Program-made: the position numbers and the translations under genes
NCBI GenBank assembly: GCA_963777315.1
Contig: CAVZQC010000002.1
Coordinates: forward strand, 480,001 to 544,000
Reading direction: 5' to 3'
Length of the DNA: 64,000 bases
Origin: Vulcanimicrobiota bacterium
GTDB taxonomy: Bacteria; Vulcanimicrobiota; Vulcanimicrobiia; Vulcanimicrobiales; Vulcanimicrobiaceae
In this document: positions 39,149-51,039 of the stretch, one piece after another
Numbering within the stretch: the stretch's first letter is position 1
Layout of the letters: each line of letters starts with the position of its first letter
The notes under the pieces: model-generated
Databases searched by the model: none
What the model saw: only the letters and a program-made list of their open reading frames with translations
What the model was told of the DNA's origin: nothing

Positions 39149-40516
39149 TCACTCTTCGGCAATCCGCGCCCGGGTAATAGGATACTCGCTCGTCTCGAAA
39201 ACTCCGTTGGGCTCGACGAGCGGCGTTATGCCGCTCGCCCGCTGCACCTGGCCGCCCAAGGCAGAGAGCATTTCTTCCAAGCGTTCGTGTCCGCGATCGA
39301 TGTATTCCAGTCCGATGATTTCGGTTTCGCCCTGCGCAGCAAGGCCGGCAACCACCAGTGCCGCGCCCGCGCGAATGTCCGGAGCTTCGACCGGCGCGCC
39401 GGACAGCGGAACGCCGCCTTTGACGACGGCGGTGTTGCTTTCCATCGAAACGCGTACTTCGGCGCCCATGCGGGCCAGTTCGTTCACGTACGAAAAGCGC
39501 GCGTTGAAGATCGATTCCTCCACCACGCTGTTGCCCGGAGCCGTGCACAGGAACGAGACCATCTGCGGCTGCAAATCGGTGGGAAAGCCCGGATGCGGCG
39601 CGGTTAAAATGTCGGTGCCGCCCGCGATGCGTTCGGCCTGCACCCGTACCCAATCGTCCCCGCAGGTTACAGCCGCGCCGCACTCCTGCAGCTTGAGCAC
39701 GAGCGCCTGCAAATGGGCGGGATTGCATGCGCTGACCGTGACGTCGCCGCGCGTTGCGGCGCCGCTGAGCAGCAGCGTGCCGGCCACGATGCGGTCCGGA
39801 ATGATCGTGTACTCGACGCCGCGTAATTCGCGCACGCCCTCAATGACGATCGTATCGCTGCCGGCACCCAGGATGCGCGCTCCCATAGCGCACAGGAAAT
39901 CCGCGAGGTCGACCACTTCGGGCTCCATCGCAACGTTGCGCAGCGTCGTCGTGCCTTCGGCGAGCACGGCCGCGAGAATCGCATTCTTGGTAGCGCCTAC
40001 GCTGGGCATGCGGAATTCGATTGCAGCGCCGTACAGCGTCTTGCGTTTTGCCGTGGCTATCAAATAGCCGTGCGCGTTTTTCACCTCGCAGCCGAGTGCC
40101 AGAAACGCCTGTTCGTGCATGTCGGTCGCGCGGGTGCCGAGCACGCATCCGCCGGGAAGCGGCACCTCGGCGCGCCCGAAGCGCCCCAGCAGCGGGCCGA
40201 CGATGTCGAAGCTCGCGTTGAGCTTGCGCACCAGCGTGTAGGGCGCGCGATGTGAAGCGACGTTGCTCGTTTCGATCGTTACCGCGCCGTCGGGCTCTTG
40301 ACGCAGCCGCGCGCCCAGCGCTTCGAGCAGCGACCACATGACCGACACGTCCGTAATGCGCGGGACGCGATGCAGCGTCACTTTGCCTTTGGCAAGCAGC
40401 GACGCCGCCATGATCGGCAGCGCTGCGTTTTTGGCTCCCTGAGTACGCACGCTGCCCTCGAGCGGCGCTCCGCCGCGCACGCGCAGCGTAGTCTCCAAAC
40501 GATCGAGCGTCGTCAT
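39149..40516 (-). CDS. murA: UDP-N-acetylglucosamine 1-carboxyvinyltransferase
   Basis: GAKNAALP, LPGGCVLG, SVGAT, PGFPTDLQ, DIRAGAA. Confidence 0.95.
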   Translation of the reverse strand: MTTLDRLETTLRVRGGAPLEGSVRTQGAKNAALPIMAASLLAKGKVTLHRVPRITDVSVMWSLLEALGARLRQEPDGAVTIETSNVASHRAPYTLVRKLNASFDIVGPLLGRFGRAEVPLPGGCVLGTRATDMHEQAFLALGCEVKNAHGYLIATAKRKTLYGAAIEFRMPSVGATKNAILAAVLAEGTTTLRNVAMEPEVVDLADFLCAMGARILGAGSDTIVIEGVRELRGVEYTIIPDRIVAGTLLLSGAATRGDVTVSACNPAHLQALVLKLQECGAAVTCGDDWVRVQAERIAGGTDILTAPHPGFPTDLQPQMVSFLCTAPGNSVVEESIFNARFSYVNELARMGAEVRVSMESNTAVVKGGVPLSGAPVEAPDIRAGAALVVAGLAAQGETEIIGLEYIDRGHERLEEMLSALGGQVQRASGITPLVEPNGVFETSEYPITRARIAEE

Positions 40517-40969
40517 ACCGCGGATTCGGGCCCTTCCAGGGGTTCGCACGTCAGAACGCGCGCATCGTACGGGCCACCGCGCAGGCTCGAGCTGCCGCGT
40601 CCCTTCGGGCGTGACGCGAACGAACACTTCGCTCCACGCGTTTTCGCCCAGTTCCAGCAGATCCGCATGGCCGTTCTCGATCACGCCGGCAAAGCGATAC
40701 GCCGCATCCGCCAATCGCATGCGGCCGTCGGGGTGGAATGCGGTCAGAAGTTCTCCGCGCTCGTCGAACGCACGATAACGGCGCGTGGGCACGCCGCCCA
40801 GCTCGCCGATGAACTGCAGCGGGTCTGCCCCGGAGTCCGCCGTTTGGGCCAAAGGCATATCGAGCGACGGTGCGGCCGGCGCCCTGCGCGCAGGCTTGCG
40901 CGGGGGGCTTGCTTCACGGCGCATCGCGCGCGAAATCAGCGCCAGAGCCATGAGCTCGAGCCCCGTCAT
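40513..40969 (-). CDS. hypothetical protein between atpC and murA (frameshift near 40585 makes it look fused to MurA)
   Basis: GGAG RBS; removing one base gives ...QLELRGGPYDARVLTCEPLEGPESAV* with ATGA overlap on the murA start. Confidence 0.65.
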
Positions 40970-41024
40970 CGCCAACACACTCCATCCGGATGCGCGCCGC
41001 ACTGCCGACGGGTTCGCCGGACGC

Positions 41025-41441
41025 TCAGTGGTGTCCGGTCAGGCGCAGCTTCGCGCCCGCGAAGTCGATGACGGCCTGTTCGCGCGCGTACGCGAGCGCG
41101 TCGCCTGCCGCTTTTTGCCGCTGCGTGGCCTGCTCGAGCTCGCGCCGCGCCTGAGCCACGTCGATCTCTTCAAACGCGAGCGCATCGTCGACCAGCACGG
41201 TGACGCGATCCGGCAATGCTTGCAGAAATCCGTCGCTCGTCGCCAGCTCCAACCGGCGCGTCGTTGCGTTCTCCACGACGTTGGCGCGCAGAACGCCGGG
41301 GCGCAGCGCGCTCAAAAACGGCGCGTGGTGCGCCAAAATCCCTTCCTCGCCTTCGGTCGTCACCGCGATCACCAGCTCGGCATCGCCTTCGAAGATGACT
41401 TTCGCCGGCGTGATGAGTTTGAACGGCGTTGTTGCCGGCAT
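41025..41441 (-). CDS. atpC: ATP synthase F1 epsilon
   Basis: LITPAK, GILAHHAPF; operon position. Confidence 0.95.
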   Translation of the reverse strand: MPATTPFKLITPAKVIFEGDAELVIAVTTEGEEGILAHHAPFLSALRPGVLRANVVENATTRRLELATSDGFLQALPDRVTVLVDDALAFEEIDVAQARRELEQATQRQKAAGDALAYAREQAVIDFAGAKLRLTGHH

Positions 41442-41443
41442 GC

Positions 41444-42997
<1,554 letters not shown>

Positions 42998-43873
42998 TCA
43001 CGTTCCCGTCAGGGCTTCGGCTCCTCCGACGATCTCCAGGAGTTCCTTCGTAATTGCGGCTTGGCGCGCGTTGTTCATTTGAATCGTCAGCTCGTCGATG
43101 AGCTTGCCGGCGTTCTCCGTCGCATTGCTCATCGCGAGCAGTTGCGCTGCAAAGAACGCTGCGTCGGTTTCCAGCATCGCCGAAAATATCGTGAACTCCA
43201 GATATTTGGGCAGCAGGCGGGAGAGAACCGATTCGGCGGACGGCGTAAACTCGACGGCTCCTTTCGGGCCGCCTGCAGCAGGCTGCGCTCGACCGGCGGA
43301 GCCGGGCCGCTCGATGGGGATTAGGCGACGCGTGTCGGGCCGTTGTGAAATCATCGAAATCAACTTAGCCGATACGAGCGTGACGTCGCCGATTCTGCCC
43401 GCAACGAAATCGTCGGTTACCACCTGTGCGACCTCGCGCGCGGACGCGAGCTTCGAAGGCGCGTTGAGCTGCCATGTCGGGCGATCGGTTTGCCCCCAGC
43501 GGCGTACGGCGTTGCGCGCCTTTACGCCGACCGTGTAAAACACGGCGTCCGCGTGCTCGCGGCGATAAAGCTCGGCGGCGCGCGTGAGGTTGGAGTTAAA
43601 GGCGCCTGCAAGCCCCTTGTCGGCGGTCATCAGGATGACGCCGGACGGCGCGCCCGCAGCGGCGGGCTTCATGAACGGATGATCGATGGTGCCCGCGCTG
43701 TCCATGAGATCGTGCAGCATCTCCGAAAGGGTTTGCGCGTACGGGCGCGCAGATTTCTGCGCGAGCTCGGCTCGGCGAATCTTGGCCGCGGCCACTTGCT
43801 TCATGGCCTTGGTGATCTGCTGCGTATTCTTGAGCGATCGTATCCGATCGCGAAGATCTCTGACCGAAGGCAT
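42998..43873 (-). CDS. atpG: ATP synthase F1 gamma
   Basis: ITKAMKQVAAAK, DKGLAGAFN, RQAAITKELLEI. Confidence 0.97.
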   Translation of the reverse strand: MPSVRDLRDRIRSLKNTQQITKAMKQVAAAKIRRAELAQKSARPYAQTLSEMLHDLMDSAGTIDHPFMKPAAAGAPSGVILMTADKGLAGAFNSNLTRAAELYRREHADAVFYTVGVKARNAVRRWGQTDRPTWQLNAPSKLASAREVAQVVTDDFVAGRIGDVTLVSAKLISMISQRPDTRRLIPIERPGSAGRAQPAAGGPKGAVEFTPSAESVLSRLLPKYLEFTIFSAMLETDAAFFAAQLLAMSNATENAGKLIDELTIQMNNARQAAITKELLEIVGGAEALTGT

Positions 43874-43876
43874 GGA

Positions 43877-45376
43877 TTAGAAGCTCTTGTTGAATTCCGA
43901 GAGCGCCGCATCGAGCGATTGTTTGTTCTGGTCCGAAAGCTGACCGCTCTGGGCGATCGCCTGCGTCACGTCGGGGTGCTTGCTATGCAGGAAGGAGATG
44001 AAGCCGCGAGCCCAGTTCTGCAGGCGCGACGTTTCGACGCCGTTCACGAATCCTTTGGTCGCGCCGTAGAGGATCGCGACCTGATCTTCGTTGGCCATCG
44101 GCTGATATTGCGGCTGCTTGAGCAGTTCGGTGAGCTTTTCGCCTCGCATGAGTTGATTCTGCGTGGCTTTGTCCAGGTCGCTGGACAGCTTGGCGAACGC
44201 CGCCAAATCGCGGTACTGCGCCAGTTCGAGTTTGAGCTGACCGGCCACGCTCTTCATCGCTTTGGTTTGCGCCGAGCCGCCAACGCGTGAGACGGACAAT
44301 CCCACGTCTACCGCCGGACGAATGCCTTGGAAGAACAATTGGGGCGTCAAGTAGATTTGGCCGTCGGTGATAGAGACGACGTTGGTAGGAATGTACGCGG
44401 AAAAGTCGCCGGCCTGCGTTTCGATGATGGGCAGCGCCGTAAGCGAACCCCCACCCATGTCGTCCGAAAGTTTGGCCGCGCGTTCGAGCAAGCGCGAATG
44501 TAAGAAAAAGACGTCGCCCGGATAGGCTTCGCGGCCCGGCGGCCGGCGCAGCAAGAGCGCCATCTCGCGATACGACTGCGCGTGTTTGGTCAAATCGTCG
44601 TAGACGATCAGCACGTCTTTGCCCGCGAGCATGAGCTCTTCACCCATCGCGCAGCCGGCAAAGGGCGCAATCCAGCGCAGCGCCGCCGCGTCCGAAGGAC
44701 CGCAAGCGACGATCGTGGTGTATTCCATCGCGCCTTTTTGCTCGAGCGTCTGCGCCAGCGCTGCAACCGTAGAGCTCTTCTGGCCGATAGCGACGTACAC
44801 GCAGAAGACGTTCTTGCCTTTTTGGTTGATGATCGTGTCGATCGCGATGGCGGTTTTGCCGGTGCTGCGGTCGCCAATGATCAGCTCGCGCTGGCCCTTG
44901 CCGATCGGAATCAGCGCATCGATGGCGCGTATGCCCGTGAACAGCGGTTGCTTGACGGGCTGGCGCTGCACGACGCTGGGCGCCACGTTTTCGATCGTGC
45001 GGTAACGATGCGTTTGCACCTCGCCTTTGCCGTCGATCGGATTTCCCAGCGGGTCGACCACTCGCCCAAGCAGCGCCTGCCCGACGGGAACCGAAGCGAT
45101 GCGCCCGGTACGCCGAACTTTGTCGCCTTCTTTGACGTCCTCGTCGGAACCCATGATTGCCACGCCGACGTTGTCCTCTTCCAAACTGAGCGCCACGCCC
45201 TGAAGGCCGTTCGGAAATGCGACCAGTTCGGATGCGCGCACGGCCCGCAGCCCGTAAACGCGCGCAAGGTTAGCACCCACCTCGATGACCGTCCCGACCT
45301 CGTCCTCTTGGATTCCGGTGGTAACGCCTGCGATTTGCTGTTTGAGAATGCCGGCGATTTCGTCAACGTTGATCAT
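43877..45376 (-). CDS. atpA: ATP synthase F1 alpha
   Basis: [24 protein letters not shown]. Confidence 0.97.
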   Translation of the reverse strand: MINVDEIAGILKQQIAGVTTGIQEDEVGTVIEVGANLARVYGLRAVRASELVAFPNGLQGVALSLEEDNVGVAIMGSDEDVKEGDKVRRTGRIASVPVGQALLGRVVDPLGNPIDGKGEVQTHRYRTIENVAPSVVQRQPVKQPLFTGIRAIDALIPIGKGQRELIIGDRSTGKTAIAIDTIINQKGKNVFCVYVAIGQKSSTVAALAQTLEQKGAMEYTTIVACGPSDAAALRWIAPFAGCAMGEELMLAGKDVLIVYDDLTKHAQSYREMALLLRRPPGREAYPGDVFFLHSRLLERAAKLSDDMGGGSLTALPIIETQAGDFSAYIPTNVVSITDGQIYLTPQLFFQGIRPAVDVGLSVSRVGGSAQTKAMKSVAGQLKLELAQYRDLAAFAKLSSDLDKATQNQLMRGEKLTELLKQPQYQPMANEDQVAILYGATKGFVNGVETSRLQNWARGFISFLHSKHPDVTQAIAQSGQLSDQNKQSLDAALSEFNKSF

Positions 45377-45388
45377 GGTTGTTCCTTA

Positions 45389-45934
45389 TCAATTCCGTGT
45401 GAAGAGTTTGCGCGCGAGTTCTTCCAGGCGGCCCTGGATCGAGCCGTCGACGAGCCGGTCGCCCATCGTGATTCGAACGCCGCCGATGAGGCTGGGATCC
45501 ACGTTTTGGGTGACGTCGAAAGTCGTCTTGTACACGCCCTGCAAGCGCGCCACCATGGCGCCGAGCTCTTGCGGCGAAAGCTCCTTGGCTGAGGTGATCG
45601 TCAGCGGCTGAGCTCCCCGCGACTGCATCTCGAGCGTTTCGTACTGCCGTACGATCTCGGGCAGCAGCGCTTCGCGCCGCTTGCGCACCAAGAGCAGCAG
45701 TGTATTGAGCGCGATGGCGCTCACCTTGCTCGACAGCGTCACGGAAAGCACGCCAATCTTCTGGCTGCGATCGACCACCGGCGAGAGAAAGAACTCTTTG
45801 GTGGACGCATCGGCGTACACCGCGCCGGACAGCACGCGCAGCTCCTCGCCGATCGACCGGACCGAATCGCTCTGGGCCGCAAGTTCGAAGACGGCCTGCG
45901 CGTAGCGTTTCGCCGCCGTTTCGTTGACGATCAT
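45389..45934 (-). CDS. atpH: ATP synthase delta
   Basis: AKRYAQA, DPSLIGG, DGSI. Confidence 0.95.
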   Translation of the reverse strand: MIVNETAAKRYAQAVFELAAQSDSVRSIGEELRVLSGAVYADASTKEFFLSPVVDRSQKIGVLSVTLSSKVSAIALNTLLLLVRKRREALLPEIVRQYETLEMQSRGAQPLTITSAKELSPQELGAMVARLQGVYKTTFDVTQNVDPSLIGGVRITMGDRLVDGSIQGRLEELARKLFTRN

Positions 45935-46443
45935 ACGGGCGCATCCGCCGGACGAGCAGCCTCGCCGCTCTCGAGCGTTGAGAGAAAGGCGCCGACGAGC
46001 CGCTCGTTCGTCGCGGCATCGACGCGCTGCGCGGCGCGAGCGCGAGCGCGCCGCAGCGCCGAATCGAGCAGCTCGTCGCGCAGCGCCCGGCGCGCGTAGT
46101 AGCGCGCGCGTTCGAGCTCTCCGCCGGCACTTCGCACCGCGCGTTCGCCCTCTTCACGCGCTTCACGGACTATTGCCTCGCGCTCGGCGGCGGCCTGCGT
46201 TTCTACTCGCTCCTTAATGGCAGCCGCATCGCGCTGGGCGGCGGCCACTTCGCCTTGCAAACCGTCCAGGGCGGCTCTGGCCTCGTCGCGCCGGCGTTCG
46301 GCCTGCGCGAGTTGAGCGTTGGCGTTTTGCTGAGCGGCGACGACGGCCGGCTGAATGAACTTGATCCAAATCCAAATGATTGCCGCGACGAAAAGTACCG
46401 CCGAAGCGACTTGGCTGTATTGCGCTATCGCTTCGTAGTTCAT
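45931..46443 (-). CDS. atpF: ATP synthase F0 subunit b
   Basis: N-terminal TM plus Ala/Glu/Arg coiled coil; operon position. Confidence 0.85.
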   Translation of the reverse strand: MNYEAIAQYSQVASAVLFVAAIIWIWIKFIQPAVVAAQQNANAQLAQAERRRDEARAALDGLQGEVAAAQRDAAAIKERVETQAAAEREAIVREAREEGERAVRSAGGELERARYYARRALRDELLDSALRRARARAAQRVDAATNERLVGAFLSTLESGEAARPADAPV

Positions 46444-46871
46444 GAAGCTTGCTCTGAGAAGGCGCGCTCGACCATGAGGCCGGCCAGTTCGTTCACGACG
46501 GGCTCTCCGCAGGCACGCGCGGCAGCGACCTCGGCGGCGACGGCGCGGTCGGCGTCTTGGAACGTTTGCGCAACGCGTTCATTGTATTGCGTCGACAGCT
46601 TCGCCGACTCATCGGAAGCTGCGGCCCGCGCCTTGGCAAGATGCGTTTCGGCGGCGCGGCGAGCGGCGGCGCGTACGCTCTCGGCCTGAGCTCGCAGCGA
46701 CGTGGCCTCGGCTTGATAGCGATCGTAGTCGTTCGTAACGCTGTTGATGTACCGGCGGCGCTCGACGATCGCTTTACCGACGGGCCGAATGAAGACCACG
46801 TTCAACAGCGCGAAAAAGATCGCGAAGTTGATCAGTTGTACGACAAACGTTCCGTCGATTTTTAGGAACAT
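46440..46871 (-). CDS. ATP synthase F0 subunit b' (second b paralog)
   Basis: DGTFVVQLINFAIF...RPV...ERR. Confidence 0.85.
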   Translation of the reverse strand: MFLKIDGTFVVQLINFAIFFALLNVVFIRPVGKAIVERRRYINSVTNDYDRYQAEATSLRAQAESVRAAARRAAETHLAKARAAASDESAKLSTQYNERVAQTFQDADRAVAAEVAAARACGEPVVNELAGLMVERAFSEQAS

Positions 46872-46888
46872 GCAATCGTGCTTTCGGT

Positions 46889-47167
46889 TTAGGGATGCAG
46901 CCCAGTAAGCAGCTTGGGCACGTTGGCAACGACGAGCAGCACGTAGAACGCCAGGCCGAGCGCGATAATCGGAAACGCTTCCAGAATACCGACGCCCAAA
47001 AGCAGGAACAGGAAAATATTGGGCCGCGCTTCAGGCTGACGGGCTATCGATTCGACGGCCTTGCTGGCAACGATGCCGTCACCGATCGCTGAACCGAACG
47101 CTACCCCGGCTATGATGATGCCGAAGGCCAGCAGTGTGAAGGCGGCGATTAACGCTTCAGAGTTCAA
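46889..47167 (-). CDS. atpE: ATP synthase F0 subunit c
   Basis: ARQPE loop, conserved Glu in ILEAF; GAGG RBS, TTG start. Confidence 0.95.
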   Translation of the reverse strand: MNSEALIAAFTLLAFGIIIAGVAFGSAIGDGIVASKAVESIARQPEARPNIFLFLLLGVGILEAFPIIALGLAFYVLLVVANVPKLLTGLHP

Positions 47168-47190
47168 AAGGGGCACCTCTCTTGGAGCAT

Positions 47191-47922
47191 CTAGTGATTT
47201 TCGGAAACGGCCAACGACATATAGACTATCGCCAGCAAAGTAAAGATCAGCGCCTGGATCGTTCCTACGAAAAAGTTGAAGAACTGAATGAAAAACGGTA
47301 CCACCGTAACGGCAAGTGAAAGATTCACGGGGCCGATCATCACTTTGGCCGTGATAATCGATGCAATGATGATGAACAGCAGCTCTCCGACGAAGATATT
47401 GAAGAACAAACGCGCCGCCAGCGTTATGGGGCGCGCCATCTCCTCGATAACATTGATGGGGGTCAGAAGCCAAAACGGTTGAAAGATATGCAGGAAATAC
47501 CTAGGCCCTTTTCGCCGTATCGCCACCACTTGAATCAGCAGCCAAACCATCAGTGCGTATGCGACTGTGGTATTCAAGTCTGCCGTGGGCGAGCCGCCGA
47601 ATGGAGTGTTGAACGCTTTGAGGGGCAAAAAGCCGAACTGGTTGAGCAAAAAGATGAAGAGGAACAGCGCGATAAAGAACGGTACGAACGGTTCCCCCTG
47701 CTCGCCAAGCACGCCGGTCGTCAGGTCCGCGATGTAGTTGATGACCCCTTCGATAACCGCTTGGCGTTTGGTTACGCGCGCGGAGCGATAGCTCGCACCG
47801 ACCCAGGCAAAAAAGGCAAGCGCGACGACCATGACGATCCAGGTCGTCACGATCGTATCCGAATGCACGACGCCCAGCACCGGCCAGTGCCAGGTGAAGT
47901 GCTCGCCTATCTTTTCCTGCAC
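47191..47922 (-). CDS. atpB: ATP synthase F0 subunit a
   Basis: PTADLNT, LAARLFFNI, IQALIFTLL. Confidence 0.95.
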   Translation of the reverse strand: MQEKIGEHFTWHWPVLGVVHSDTIVTTWIVMVVALAFFAWVGASYRSARVTKRQAVIEGVINYIADLTTGVLGEQGEPFVPFFIALFLFIFLLNQFGFLPLKAFNTPFGGSPTADLNTTVAYALMVWLLIQVVAIRRKGPRYFLHIFQPFWLLTPINVIEEMARPITLAARLFFNIFVGELLFIIIASIITAKVMIGPVNLSLAVTVVPFFIQFFNFFVGTIQALIFTLLAIVYMSLAVSENH

Positions 47923-47939
47923 GCACGCCCCATTTTAAA

Positions 47940-48371
47940 TTAGCCGCTCGGACGCTCCCGAAGGGCGATCACACCCGAGAGCACGAGCGGCATAAAGAAG
48001 CCGATAAAGTAGCATCCCAACGTCCATAGCGACGGCACGCGAACCGCCAGCAACACAGGCACTATACCGAACAGCCCGATTCTGACAAAACTACTTAAGA
48101 CGAACGCGGCGACGCTGCGACGCTCCAGCAGACGCTCGTTGCCGTGCGCCGCAAGCAACAGATTGATTATTCCGGCGGCAGCCCCGACGGCCAGACAGAT
48201 CGAGTACCACCCGTTCCAGGCCGCGAGCGGCCCGGCTGCGACTACGACCAGAACGAGCGTACCGCCCGCGGCAACGCGCTTTAACCGCAGGTAGAACGCC
48301 AGGTCCGTCGAGGCGCTGTAACTACGGCGAGGGGGGAGGCTTTCCTCCCGTCGGTCGCCGCCGGTATTCAC
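47940..48371 (-). CDS. atpI: ATP synthase protein I-like membrane protein
   Basis: four TM segments directly upstream of atpB; start uncertain. Confidence 0.6.
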   Translation of the reverse strand: MNTGGDRREESLPPRRSYSASTDLAFYLRLKRVAAGGTLVLVVVAAGPLAAWNGWYSICLAVGAAAGIINLLLAAHGNERLLERRSVAAFVLSSFVRIGLFGIVPVLLAVRVPSLWTLGCYFIGFFMPLVLSGVIALRERPSG

Positions 48372-49528
48372 GCCGTGCCGGCGACTGTAAACGGCTGTGG
48401 ATACGGACCGCCGCGCATTCGCGCGAGCAGCCAAGCAACGACGCGCTCCGCGGCTGCGCCGTCGCCGTACGGGTTGGCCGCTTTTGCCATGCGGCCGAAG
48501 TGTGACGGGTCCGTCAAAAGCCGCTCGGCGGCTCGAACGATGCGCTCGCGGTCGTGACCCACGAGCTCGAGCGTTCCGGCTTTGACGCCTTCGGGGCGTT
48601 CGGTTTGCTCGCGCATGACCAGAACGGGTTTGCTCAAGCAGGGCGCTTCCTCTTGAATGCCGCCCGAATCGGTCAGCACGAACGTGCAGTTGCGCACGGC
48701 GAACACCATCTGGGCGTAGTCGAGCGGATCGTCCAGCACGACGCCGGCTTGCGATCCCAGTATCGCGTATGCGAGCGGGCGCACGCGCGGCGAGGGATGC
48801 ACGGGCCAGACGATCTGCGGACCCATGGGCAGCTGCGCGACGTCGCGCAACGCCTCGCACATCTCGCGCATGTGCGGATGGTTTTCGCGCCGGTGCGCGG
48901 TGACCACCACGATCGGCTTGTCGGGGTTCAAACGATCCCACCCCGGCGGTGGGGGAAGATCGGCGCGGCCGGCGGTTTGCATGAATGCGTCGATCACGGT
49001 ATTGCCCGTCACCACGATGTTCTCGTCCGCCACGTGCTCCTGCAGCAGATGATCGCGCGCGAGCGCCGTGGGCGCAAAATGATACTGCGCGACGGTGCCG
49101 GTCAGGCGCCGGTTCATCTCTTCGGGAAACGGCAGCCACGGATCGCCGGTACGCAGCCCGGCCTCGACGTGACCGACGGGGATCTGCCGGTAAAACGCCG
49201 CCAATGCGGCTGCGGTGCTGGTCGTCGTATCGCCGTGCACGAGCACGACGTCGGGCTGCGCAGCCTTGAGCACGCCTTCCATGCCGATCAGCACGCGCGT
49301 CGTGATGTCGGTCAGTGTTTGATCGGGGGTCATGATGTTGAGATCGAAGTCCGGGCGAATCTCGAACAGCGCGAGCAGGTCGTCGAGCATTTCACGATGC
49401 TGAGCCGTCACGCAGACGATGCTGCGAATGTGCGCCCGGCGTCCCAGCGCATGCACCACGGGCGCCATTTTGATCGTGTCCGGCCGCGTGCCGAACACCG
49501 ACATCACGGTTAGCGGCGCAGTCGACAC
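48368..49528 (-). CDS. wecB: UDP-N-acetylglucosamine 2-epimerase
   Basis: FGTRP, HGDTTT, HVEAGLRT, PFPEE, TDSGGIQEE. Confidence 0.95.
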   Translation of the reverse strand: MSTAPLTVMSVFGTRPDTIKMAPVVHALGRRAHIRSIVCVTAQHREMLDDLLALFEIRPDFDLNIMTPDQTLTDITTRVLIGMEGVLKAAQPDVVLVHGDTTTSTAAALAAFYRQIPVGHVEAGLRTGDPWLPFPEEMNRRLTGTVAQYHFAPTALARDHLLQEHVADENIVVTGNTVIDAFMQTAGRADLPPPPGWDRLNPDKPIVVVTAHRRENHPHMREMCEALRDVAQLPMGPQIVWPVHPSPRVRPLAYAILGSQAGVVLDDPLDYAQMVFAVRNCTFVLTDSGGIQEEAPCLSKPVLVMREQTERPEGVKAGTLELVGHDRERIVRAAERLLTDPSHFGRMAKAANPYGDGAAAERVVAWLLARMRGGPYPQPFTVAGTA

Positions 49529-49529
49529 G

Positions 49530-50576
49530 TCAGGCTCGAACGAACGCGTGAAAGCCGCCGGCCAGAAACAGCGCGACCGCGCCCAGAACGATGCAAATGG
49601 CGTAGATCAGCAGCACGGCCTGGCGAACGTTGAGCCCGTAGCGGAAGATGAGTTGGTGGTGGAAATGCCCGCGATCCGCCTGCGTGATCTTTTTCCCCGA
49701 TCGCGCTCGCCGGTAGATCGCAGCGGCCGTATCGAGGATCGGCAAGGCCAGCACGACCAGCGGTGCGATGAGGCCTACCGCAATAGCGGTTTTGCTGGTA
49801 CCCATGATCGCCACCGTCGCAAAGACGTATCCGATGAACAGCGAGCCGGTATCGCCCAAAATGATGCGCGCCGGATTGAAATTGTACGGCAAGAATCCCA
49901 GCGCCGCGCCGGCCAGCGTAATGACGACCAGTCCGACTACCGGATTGTCCTTGGTCATCGCGATCGCAAACAGGAAGATGCACGAAATCGCCGTGAAGCC
50001 CGAAAGCAGCCCGTCCAATCCGTCGATGAAATTGATCGCGTTGAGCATGCCCAGGTACCACAGCAGCGTTACCGGCACGCTGAACCACAGCGGGAAGTCC
50101 ACGTATTGATGCGTGATCGGGTTTTGAATACCCGAAATAAGGAACCCGTAGATCATCGAAATGCCGGCGACGACGATCTGCGCGGCAAATTTGTAACGCG
50201 GACGCATTCCCATGATGTCGTCCCAGAGTCCGACGCCCAGGATGAGCATGCTGCCGAAAAGCAAGCCGACCAAATTATGAGCTGCGGCGAGTTGATCGCG
50301 CAGTTGCTCGCGCAGCGATTCGTGCGGATCGACCGGAAAGAACCCGTGCACGTGGCTGAGCGCTATTCCCAGCACCGCAAACAGTGCGAACGCGAACCCG
50401 AAAAACACCGCGATGCCCCCGATGCGCGGCTTGGGCACCTCGTGCATTCGCCGGTCGCCGACGTCGTCGATCATGCCGACGTGGTGCGCCAGGCGCACGA
50501 CGAACGGCGTGAGGATCGTCGATGCGACGGCCGCCAGCGCAAAGCCCGAAATATAAAGGTAGATCGGGGCCGTCAT
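49530..50576 (-). CDS. WecA/TagO undecaprenyl-phosphate GlcNAc-1-phosphate transferase
   Basis: PRIGG, GLWDD, NFIDGLDGL, LGDTGS, DRGHFHH. Confidence 0.9.
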   Translation of the reverse strand: MTAPIYLYISGFALAAVASTILTPFVVRLAHHVGMIDDVGDRRMHEVPKPRIGGIAVFFGFAFALFAVLGIALSHVHGFFPVDPHESLREQLRDQLAAAHNLVGLLFGSMLILGVGLWDDIMGMRPRYKFAAQIVVAGISMIYGFLISGIQNPITHQYVDFPLWFSVPVTLLWYLGMLNAINFIDGLDGLLSGFTAISCIFLFAIAMTKDNPVVGLVVITLAGAALGFLPYNFNPARIILGDTGSLFIGYVFATVAIMGTSKTAIAVGLIAPLVVLALPILDTAAAIYRRARSGKKITQADRGHFHHQLIFRYGLNVRQAVLLIYAICIVLGAVALFLAGGFHAFVRA

Positions 50577-51013
50577 CGAGTGCCGGCGCCCGTCAAGCCG
50601 GCGAACGGCACGAGCCCAACGCCGGCTTCGGCAAGCAATTCCTGCGCCAGCGGGTCGGGGTAGGCGGTGTCGTAAACGATTTTGCTCACTCCCGCGCTGA
50701 TCAGCAGTTTGGTGCAGTTCACGCATGGCTGATGCGTGCAGTATGCACTGGAACCGCGGATCGAAACGCCGTGCAGTGCCGCTTGAACGATCGCATTGGC
50801 TTCGGCGTGCGTCGCCCGCATGCAGTGGTCGGCAACCAGCGTGCAGCCGACCTGCGAGCAGTGCGCGACGCCGCGCGGCGCGCCGTTGTAGCCGGTGGTG
50901 AGGAGGCGATGCTCGCGCACGATCACGGCGCCGACCGACGCCCGCGGGCAGGTTGCGCGGGTGGCCACCGTGCGGGCGATCTGCATGAAATACTCGTCCC
51001 AGCCCGGCCGCAT
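50573..51013 (-). CDS. dCMP deaminase (ComEB-like)
   Basis: RATCPR, HAEANA, PCVNC. Confidence 0.9.
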   Translation of the reverse strand: MRPGWDEYFMQIARTVATRATCPRASVGAVIVREHRLLTTGYNGAPRGVAHCSQVGCTLVADHCMRATHAEANAIVQAALHGVSIRGSSAYCTHQPCVNCTKLLISAGVSKIVYDTAYPDPLAQELLAEAGVGLVPFAGLTGAGTR

Positions 51014-51039
51014 CCCCAGCCCTTCGATGCCGACCCCGT

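Noticed and set aside
39149..41002. 617-aa MurA with a novel N-terminal domain
   Set aside because: One extra base at an AGCT site; repair gives a separate gene with ATGA coupling to murA
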